Below, piece by piece: positions 50,855 to 59,705 of a DNA stretch of 59,705 nt. The notes beneath the pieces are model-generated. The model searched no databases, was not told the DNA's origin, and saw nothing but the letters and a program-made list of their open reading frames with translations. Each line of letters starts with the position of its first letter. Within the stretch, counting starts at the first letter, position 1. The translations under genes were made by a program, and so were the position numbers. The stretch lies in contig KZ538145.1 of NCBI GenBank assembly GCA_000934665.2, forward strand, positions 62,001 to 121,705, given 5' to 3'. The DNA comes from Catajapyx aquilonaris. Its lineage: Eukaryota.

Positions 50855-51058
50855 TACATTTTCCACATCCTAAACTTATGAAACGGAAAGAACTCTCCAC
50901 AAAACCATCCCAACCGTTAAGGAACTAAATAGGCATTTGCCTAAAAATCCTGACCCTATTAATAAGTAATCAAAATAATTATATTGGAATAAAAATTTAA
51001 ATTTGTGTAAAGCCACTAATTTTATTATACTGTTATGTAGTTTGACCCTGCTGGAGGA

Positions 51059-51232
51059 CTTTCGTAATGGCAGACCGAATTTGGCACGCTGCACCAACCA
51101 ACCCCATGACCCTAACCTTCATTTCCGGAGGATACACGCCTATCCTTCAGCGGATACACGCCTATCTTCAGCAGATACACGCCTAGGAACGTACGTAAAA
51201 GTGCGGGGTCTCCTGTTACAACAGCGTAGCCG
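51059..51232 (+). repeat. Unclassified dispersed repeat (family R)
   Basis: Internal ~22-bp repeats GATACACGCCTATC(C)TTCAGC; homologous to 59296-59502 (-) and 12292-12365. Confidence 0.78.
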
Positions 51233-52287
51233 TTTGACCCTGGATAAGCCCGTAAGTCTTGCTCCGACAACTTCAGAAAAAGTGTTTCGAGTAGGCTACC
51301 GGCTACTTGAACATGAGTCCAAATGTTATGCAGCTTATCCCAGCCCCATTCTAAGGCAAACAAGGATTAGGTGTTATCTCGTAAAAAGTTTTTTCGCGTG
51401 ATGGTCCTACTTAATAAAATGACCCCCCCCCCCCTCCCCCCTACTCTTCCACATTGCTCGTACAGGCCAAGTCTCCCACATGCAATTTGGGTTACTCGGA
51501 ACAATAGGAATGCTAATCCACACAAATGTGAACTTGCACAGTCCTCTGCTTGGTAAGGATTACTCCTAGGTGTCTTCAGTGCAACCTGCGGACTTTTTAT
51601 CGAACGAGCTGCTGCGGGCGGAGAAAATTCTTCCTCCACCCCAACCCCCCCCCAGCACTGGAGATTAAGGCAAGTGCACCAGACGAATAAAAAAAAAAGA
51701 ACGTAGGCAGGATTTCCCATGCGCACCTGATATATCGAGGGTGTTAACATAATCTCACATGCGGAACTTGCCGCAAGAGCGCAACGCCTTTTTCTACCTT
51801 TTCGTTTGTTCCTTGTGGAGAATTGGAGAGAGATGATCGTCCGAAGAGGCCCTGTGATCGCTGCCCAGATTCGACTTTTCTCCTACACCCAGTCTTATCT
51901 CCGGGGGATCGAATCCTTTATCCACTCTATTTCCCTTTGTAAATACCCTATTTCAGATTCTACGGGGGGAAGTGGGCTTTGGAGCTCGTGCTGAAAAGAT
52001 CGGCCCCGTTTTCTTTCCCCTCTCACACGACTCTCCTTTTTTCCCCTCTCCTTCTCTCTCTTTCGACCTTCGATGGGGAGCTCTGGAAATTAATAGGTCG
52101 CAGACGAACCAAGGGAGGTGAGGGAGGTGCTGGAAGAATCTCATTGAACTTAGGTCGCATCTCCATTCCTGTGAGTGTACCAGACGACTCCCAAGGCGAA
52201 AAAAAAGTGGTACGAAATGGCTCATTCTAGGAGTCCATCGCCTCATCTTGACGTTAGAGTCAAGAGCAAGTAGGTTAATGTCTGTTA

Positions 52288-52460
52288 ACAGGGTGGAGGA
52301 GTGGTACAGCGGTATAAGGATACCGATGGAAAGGTCCCGGGTTCGATCCCAATCGTGGGCTTTTCCCCCTTTATCTCTGGTGGAGCTTCGTCTCGGATGG
52401 GATTTCCGATAGACTAACCACCCTCCACGTAGCTTACCACAATTTGAATTAGAAGTTTCT
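52288..52460 (+). mobile_element. Possible degenerate tRNA-derived SINE (third family)
   Basis: A-box-like TGGAGGAGTGGT and B-box GGTTCGATCCC (52340-52350) at tRNA-like spacing. Single copy here, no TSD, 3' end uncertain. Confidence 0.45.
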
Positions 52461-52872
52461 AATAAGAATATGAGATGGAAAGGTGAAACTCGGTTATTAA
52501 ATATGTTATATGAGGAATAAAAGCGTCAATTTTTTTTAAAGCTTGTCAGCACAAGGTGCTAGAATTCTGCCAGACTTTTAACTACTTTTCTCATAGTTAT
52601 CTTACAAAATCTTTCTGTTCCATTATTATTATAATCGAATTATCATTTTAATTTTTTCGAAGGTATTGCGTAGCTCTAAGTATAGTTGAAAGTAATTGCT
52701 ACTCTCTACTCTCGAACTGCCGGATATGTCCACATTATTGTGTAGTCCTAAAATTACACTTTTTAACGTATTGCAGATGTAAAAAAATGAATTGTCAGAT
52801 ATGAAATGTTCCCTCTTTAAAATGTCTATGGAATAATTTTCCTTACTTAAACATTCTTCTTTGTTAACCAGA

Positions 52873-53161
52873 ACCGAAGCAGTGGTGGCGGAGGGGATAT
52901 GGCATCCGACTGCTAATCGGGAGGTCCTGGGTTCGAATCCCGGTGCCGGCAACTCTAACCGTGGTTTTCTGTGGTTTCCCACGGTTCCTCCAGGAGAATT
53001 CCGGAGTTGTTTCCAAAACTAATAGGCCACAGCCGCCTCCTTCCTTTCCTATCCTATCCCAAAAAGCGCAGTAAAAACGAAACGAAGAGTTTCAGTAAAA
53101 AAAAATATATATCCCTCCTAAAAAGCCGCCGGCTGATAACGGGGCATGAATTATTATTATT

Positions 53162-53197
<36 letters not shown>

Positions 53198-53213
53198 ATT
53201 ATTATTATTATTA
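52873..53213 (+). mobile_element. tRNA-derived SINE (family A) with an expanded (TTA/TTG)n tail
   Basis: ACCGAAGCAG head, B-box GGTTCGAATCC, conserved body and 3' end. Microsatellite tail at ~53150-53213 produces the poly-L and poly-N ORFs. Confidence 0.9.
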
Positions 53214-54252
53214 GGCTGTGGCGTCTCCACGAATGCAAGAGCTGTCAATACCAAAGTGGGTAACGCCGAAGTATGATTCTCCGTATGCTCTGGCGTTCAT
53301 TCCAGCCAGCAGAAGGAATCAACGACCGTCAGCGTGAATCCATACCGAGCCGGAGATGCGAGAGACGACGATACCGGACACTAGATGGCGGTAAATATGG
53401 GGAAAAAGGACAGGAAGAAAAAATATGATTACACCGTGCGGCCTTTCATCAGGATAAAAAATAAACCAGTATTTTGAGATATCTGCGTATTATTTCTTGC
53501 AGGCTATTTTCATCCTCTGCAACAATATGCGAAGTTGGATGTCCCTTTCAATTAGCGAGGTGGATCGTGGATGTTCGATATGAGTGTACTTGTCACAACA
53601 GTAATTGAAATTTTCAATATTGCCTTTTCATCGTCGGAATTAACAAGGCAGAGTGGAACCAAGAAACCAATACAGTAAATTAACCAGGCTTTTTATCATT
53701 ACTGGAATTGTACAGGGTGTCCCACAAGGCTGGGAGCATAGGAGTTTCTTATTACATTGTTCTATCTAGTACATGGTTGCCATCATGTACGGTATATTAT
53801 GTATAGGCCGTCCAGGAAAAGACTACATGGGTTTTCTGGGGTTTTGAAGTAGAGTTGCCACTATAAACACAGAGGTCTATATTATAGACGTCACTAGTTT
53901 TGGGAGCTCTTGGTTATCCCATAAAATACTTCCTCTTCCCAGCACAGGTGTAGTTGTCTGTTCCATGTTATGGTAGGCCATCATTTTTACACCATGTAAA
54001 ATTTTATGCCGCAGAAATTTTTATGTTATACAGTATTGAAAATCTTACGTATACCATGGGAAGGATCCTTGCTATAGGATTGAGTTTTGAGGTGTACAGT
54101 GCCACGATAATTTTTTATTAGAAGTTATTACGAAGATGAAAAAGTGAAACCCAGTTTTTAAATATTTCTTTTCCGAATAGTGAAAACCTGGGCTAGAAAT
54201 TTCAGAATTTGCAACTTTTCTGCATTAAAAATGACCACATAAGGTACTAAAA

Positions 54253-54340
54253 CAGAGGTTCCCAACCTTTTTCGGGTCGCGACCCCCTTTTATTATAGTC
54301 GAGTAACTTGCGACCCCCCCCCCCCCCNCCCCCCCCCCAG
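54253..54340 (+). mobile_element. Orphan hAT-like left end
   Basis: CAGAGGTTCCCAACCTTTTT...GCGACCCC resembles Charlie-group hAT termini; no partner end seen. Confidence 0.45.
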
Positions 54341-54543
54341 TATTGGTATCGCGATGAAATCTCCTATAAATTCTTTTCATTTCTGTAAAATTTTGGTAAT
54401 TTTTTAATTTATAAAAATTAACTAAAACTTGTCAAAATTTAACGCGACTTTTTATGGCAATTACAAATGGCAAATTTTTGAGTCTCATATTGTTCACCAA
54501 CAATTATTTCAATCAAATTACAAATACGCATATTATGCATGCA

Positions 54544-54609
54544 TGTTACTTTTATAAGGGAGAAGTGCGCATGCTGCAGCATGCGCACTTCTCCCTTATA
54601 AAAGTAACA
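54544..54609. repeat. 66-bp perfect palindrome with TGT...ACA ends
   Basis: TGTTACTTTTATAAGGGAGAAGTGCGCATGCTG|CAGCATGCGCACTTCTCCCTTATAAAAGTAACA, no spacer. Confidence 0.92.
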
Positions 54610-54653
54610 ACCCATTTGAGGTGTTGCCACATAGTTCAACAATGCACTATTTA

Positions 54654-54795
54654 CCGTATTTGACGGCATATGAGACGCACCCCCGTTTCAGCGGATAATA
54701 TTCAGTAAGAAAAGTTAATTATTGTATTTTCGCATATGACCCTGGGCGATTTTTAATGCCATATTTGGGGGGGGGGGGAAGTGCGCCTTATACGG
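54654..54795. mobile_element. pogo/Tigger-like MITE remnant
   Basis: TA|CCGTATTT...ATATGAGACGCAC ... GTGCGCCTTATACGG|TA; right TIR partly deleted. Confidence 0.62.
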
Positions 54796-57700
54796 TATTT
54801 TGTTAAATATAAGTTGAAATGAAGGATATAGACTCAAAAATCATTGTCAGACAAATATAATTTAAAATTATGGCAATTTCATAGTGCCTTATGTGGCCAT
54901 TTTAAATGCAAAAAATTGTCAAATTCTCAACTTGCAAGCCCAGGTTTTCACTACTCACACAATAGATATTTAAAAACTGAGTTTAAATTTTCATATAATA
55001 TTATCAAGAACAACATCCAATTAAAATTTCGTGGTTCATCGCAAATCAATTCCAAAATAAATCATTTAAACATCTGGAGGAAAAATTATTTGCCATCAAT
55101 AGTCCACAGTTGATAGCATTTATATTTCAAAAATCCAGTGTCAACTACGTAATGTGAAACGGTTTTGTCGCAGTTTCACTATGTGACCAATAATTGGGAC
55201 GAAAAAATTCAATTAGGCATGCAGGAAACAAAGGCAAGCGAAGTCATGAATACGCAGCAAAGCCTGAACAGGGTTGTGAGGCCAATGGTTAATAATTATT
55301 GCCCTGTACCGTAATATTACTTGATGGAGTAGTTACACTGGTCTGTCACATTATAGTTTAGCCGACATTAATCAGCAGCGCTTCACTGTCAGCTTGTGTT
55401 TAAATGCACCTTTACTGCTCGCTCCAGTGGGCTATAACTAAGTAGTTTGAAACAAAGTTATGCGCTTTCGTATTATCCATGCATGTATTCAATGTTACAA
55501 TAATGGCGACAGGTTATCTAATAAAAAAAGGACCGTTGAGGCCCGCATCGAAAGAGTTTATAAAATTTTTAATTACGAGCTGATTCAGGGCCCTCATGAT
55601 ATTAAGCCGGGGTTCGGTCCCACTGATTCACAGGTGTGGACCCAACGAACAGTAAAGTTGTTGGGGCGGGCTGTTCTGCCATATCTTCCAGCACTCTTCA
55701 ATTCTCACTTTTGGTTGAGAAAGCGCCTTCCACTTGATCTGCGGCACATCCGGTCTTAAAAGCATTAGTGGGGCCCCCAGGCAGCAGAAGCAGCAGCAGA
55801 AAAGAAGGCAGAAGAGTCAATATGCAGCTCAGAGAATAGCACAGGTTTGCGAATTTAGAACCGGGAGTCCCGCATACAATAGAGTACACGCAGCCCGTCT
55901 ATCCATCTGTCCATCTAACCCTTTCCTTTTTTTTTCTAACAGTACGTCCCAAAATAAACGAAGTCAATTATGCATAACGGAATTCTGCTGGTCGGGTGTG
56001 TACATGCAGGATGTTTGTTATTGCAGGCCAGCTTGAGGCTAGTTTCCATAAACAGTCCTGCTCAAATTAGAAAGCTTCTGTGCTGCGAGAGCACTCAACT
56101 TCAAAATGGAAGTATGGAAATGAGACTTTAAAAATAGGCGCGATGAGTGAAGGTCTCACTTTCACATGACGAGTTAGTATGTGTGGTATGCTGCCATCTG
56201 GCGGCCATCAGTATTTCCAGTCTTCAATAAATTAGACCTAATCCTAGTACTATGCAACGTCTGATCTTCTCTCGTAAAATATACAGGCCAGTCCAACGAC
56301 CTCCACACAACTCTATCGATACAAACCCTACGATTGATCCATCGGCTCAATTAGGCTTCCTCTCATCAGCCATTTGGATTCTCCTCTTGTATCACGCAAA
56401 CTTGCTACCTATTTTCAACCTAACAACCTAATTGAGGGGTCTCAGATCAAAAGCGACTAAGTCCATTTTTTGGGGGGTGTAACACAAATACGTCCAGAAA
56501 TAATGTATTTTAATGTCATTGGGTATTAATTGCACATTTGCTTATGTAGCTGAGCCGTGGCAACATATGGACGCAAAAAGTTTCAAGATTGTACCAGTTA
56601 AAGTAAAGTAATCAGCAGTTTTTGCTCATTTTACGACTTTTTGGACTTAGCCGCCTTTGACCTGATTGCCTCAACAATATAATCAAAAGAATATGATCAG
56701 CCTAGTTTTAAACTGCAATTACTTTTCACATGTTCTGCTGGCATTAACCTGGGCTTCACTCGCTATATAGTAGGTATACCTGATATGACTTTGAAAAACC
56801 GTCTGGACAGCCCGAGGCATCGCCACGTTGGAGCAATTGCACCAGTTAATCGAAAACAGTTTTTGTCTCGAAAAACCGAGTATGAAATCTTCCGCTTAGG
56901 GCTGGAGTCCGCTAGGTACGCGCCTTCATCAATAAACATTTCAAGCCCACCCTTGAATGAGATTATAGCCAGGGATTGACTGGTAGGAAGTCGCATTTCT
57001 TAAGCCAGCCTTTTCCTCCTACCGCCCCCCCCCCCCCAAAAAAAAAAAAAAAATCCGGACTGGATCTTCCCAAGCGTGGTGTTGGGCTTACTAATTTTGA
57101 CTGGATCTAGAGGGTCCCCAGAAAGCCGCAAAAACCACGCCCTGACTTGACCCTGCTGCAAGGTTTGCTATAAAAGGAGAGAAAAGTCAGCCATGCATCA
57201 AGTCCCCAGCCTGTACTCAAAGGCAAAACCTATCTCGTTTTTTTTTTTTTACCCGTGTGCGCGCCCCCATTGGCACATGTTGGCAGCTTGATGTTTGCCT
57301 CATTATTTCCATTAGCTTAATTAAGGTCCCTGGAGGTAGCCCCATCAATAATGTCTAGCGGACTGCAGTTGGAACCTGACAAAAGAGCGGAAAGGGACAC
57401 GCGACCCCACCGGCTCTATACCAGCACTTACAGTTATCAACATGACCGCAGTTTGTGGGCAGGGAGACTACAAAACCTACCTCTTGTTGTGGATCGGAAA
57501 AGAAATAATTACCACGGATCCATCAGCAGCCAGAGGGAACCCTGACACTTGCGCGGTTATATCTTGATTCCCCCTGCTTTTCCTTCAGATTAATCAATGG
57601 CATCCTAATCGCCAAAAATTACACCCCGCGATCACTCTCTGTCCATCATATATACAGCAACAATCATTTTATGTCACACGCAACAGGTAGGGGCAGCCCA

Positions 57701-59295
57701 AATCTCAGATGCCTGATTATCCAGCTCTATACAACACGTCAGACCTCCTTGCTACGTAATCTCTTATTCTGTGGCCCCCGCTACAAATTATGATATGCTC
57801 CTAGCCTGATGATTGCACCCTGCGGTTGGCCCTTGCTATACCACTGCACTGCAGAGTTTCATATATTTTTTCCTCCACAGAAACATGTAAGAAAAAGGCA
57901 GATCTGGTCTGCCCCCCCTCCCTCCCCATCAGCATGAAAGCTCCCTAAATGGCCAGGAGATTGGAGCCAGAACCACGGAGTGTATAGGGACAAGGAGCCT
58001 AGGGCAGGTTGCTGCTTCAGTTTCTTTCAACTTGAATTATTCACCCTAGCAAGCAACCCACGATGCCAAATGGCAAGAATAAGGCAGGTCAAAAAGCGTA
58101 GTTTTTTTTTTCGCTTCCCAGGCTGCAGTCTAGTCAGACTTGTAAACCAGGTGAGAATGAGTCCGTAGCCGATATTTCTTCTCGGAGATGAATGAATCCC
58201 TAGTGAACAGGCAAGGGAAAAGGCTGGAGAAAATATGTAAATAATAACGCGCCAGGACTCGTGCAAGTTAGTCTTGTTAGAGCTGTAGTGATATTGCACT
58301 CCGGACACAGTAGACCGCATGAAACTGCGTAATGAGGCGATCTGGTGTCCATGATTATGAACCTTATCCAGGCTGGGTGTAATGATAATCACCGTTGTAA
58401 GAAGATCCCATTCTGCATGAGAAACCGGCTCGTTGGAGCTAAATTATGCTGCAGTAGGAATATTTTTTCGGCCGCATTATTACTACAGAATGCGGCACAC
58501 GCTGCACCGGGGGGCTGGAAACGACGTTAAGCCTTTGGCGCACAAGCACGTCACGTCTGCAACGATACTCACAACACGGTGCAATAAAATTGTGATCATG
58601 GGATCGGCAATAAACATTTACATCATCCCCAACCGCAGCTGTTAATTTGGGAACAAACGCACTGCATCAAAACTCATCCGGTCGATTCTGTATTTGGCAG
58701 GTACAGTTGCTCAGTCAAAAGAAGGGTCAAAATAATGTGGACAGCTAGGACGAAGACTGATTTGAATCGATAGCAAGTGCAGCAGCCATCTTTCTCTCGG
58801 TTCCAGACAGCACTCTAGCAGCTATCCGAAGCCCCAAGAAGGGAAAGAAGGCCATCAAGTGGCAGCCAGCTCCTTGACTTTGGAGGCCCACAGACAGCTG
58901 CCAATAATCTTCCCCGCACCAAAATAGAGACCTGGCACGTCCTACTTCACCACAACAGGGAGTGGGGGAGATTTGGCCAATTTTCAGCGGGTCTAGCGCC
59001 AAAACCTCGGACACGGCGACGCTATTACAGAAGAAAAGTGCAACCATGTATCTCGATGCTGAAATCTTACCAACCATTCCTTGTCAGCAGTGTAGTGACA
59101 ACGCTCGACCGTATTTTTATATCCTTCCTTTTATGCAACCGCACCCTTGTATCACGGACAATATAACTCGCAGGCGCAAAAGTCCATGAGAATACACCGC
59201 ACCTGCGCGGCACGGCGAGGCGCGAGGTATTCTCCTAGAGTCTACGGGTGCGCGTAAAATATTTCAGAAATATAGTATGACAGTAGCCTGATAGA

Positions 59296-59502
59296 CGGAT
59301 ACGCTTTCGTATTGGGAGACCCCGCACTTTTACCTACTTTTCTAGGCTGGTATCTGCTGAAAGATAGGCGTCTATCCGCTGAAGATATGAGCATATCCGC
59401 TGAAAAATAGGCGTGTATCCGCCGGGAAGGAAAGTTAGGGCATGGAGTAGGTTGGTACAGCATGCCCCTACATCTTCTACATTCGGTCTTCCAATATGAA
59501 AG
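59296..59502 (-). repeat. Unclassified dispersed repeat (family R)
   Basis: Reverse complement is collinear with 51059-51232 (CTTTCRTA..GG.AGACCGAAT, CCCTAAC, GGATACACGCCTAT, GTAAAAGTGCGGGGTCTCC). Confidence 0.78.
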
Positions 59503-59508
59503 CCCGCC

Positions 59509-59560
59509 CAGGGGTTGATCCAGGGGGCGGGGTCACGGGAGTCATGACCCGCCCCCCCCA
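59509..59560 (+). mobile_element. Orphan hAT-like left end
   Basis: CAGGGGTTGATCCAGGGGG resembles CAGGGGCGGATCCAG-type termini; partner end not seen in the window. Confidence 0.35.
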
Positions 59561-59705
59561 AACCGTGGGAAGTGAAATGGATATTTTAGGCATTTTTGTA
59601 TGATTGTTGGGAAAAGTGCTGCCAATCTCATAAAATACTGTACGCACCCATTCATAATCTCCCACATTCACCTAAGCCCGTGTGACCTTGAACCAGTGGC
59701 AGATC

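Larger units (their letters stand above)
49594..50958. mobile_element. Non-autonomous hAT element carrying two SINE insertions
   Basis: Imperfect TIRs TAGAGTCCGAATATTAGGCA and TGCCTAAAAATCCTGACCCTA. Perfect 8-bp TSD TTAATAAG (49586-49593 and 50959-50966). Many subterminal AATAGGC motifs. Confidence 0.82.

Noticed and set aside
52873..52955. tRNA-Ser(GCT) gene (also at 38350-38426, 39760-39835 and 50547-50625)
   Set aside because: The acceptor stem does not pair, there is no long Ser variable arm, and it continues into a shared SINE body with a tail (TSDs in three of the four copies).
53711..53730. Tc1/mariner left end TACAGGGTGTCCC
   Set aside because: No partner right end found, so element boundaries cannot be supported.
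57169..57176. TATA box TATAAAAG (also near 5452)
   Set aside because: No convincing initiator or downstream exon/ORF; expected by chance in 60 kb.

Overview
This 59.7 kb window is eukaryotic, most likely from an invertebrate animal (inferred from a TAACC microsatellite and the SINE, Helitron and MITE types present). It reads as intergenic or intronic DNA. None of the listed ORFs resembles a protein family I recognise, and there are no operons, rRNA genes, intact tRNAs or CRISPR arrays. Unique non-coding sequence with poly-G/C and GA tracts is interspersed with many small non-autonomous mobile elements, many with readable target-site duplications (TSDs). These include tRNA-derived SINEs (two clear families, a possible third), hAT MITEs with perfect 8-bp TSDs, TA-flanked Tc1/mariner-pogo MITEs, a 263-bp Helitron beside its own empty-site paralogue, several near-perfect hairpin elements and minisatellites. 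The most notable structure is a three-level nest at 37962-38885: a TA-MITE contains an almost fully palindromic ~323-bp element, which in turn carries a SINE. The middle element has AGTAGT...ACTACT termini and a 6-bp TSD, the end signature of Polinton/Maverick virus-like transposons. One candidate 61-bp minus-strand exon hints that the window may lie inside a large gene. All coordinates were read by eye.
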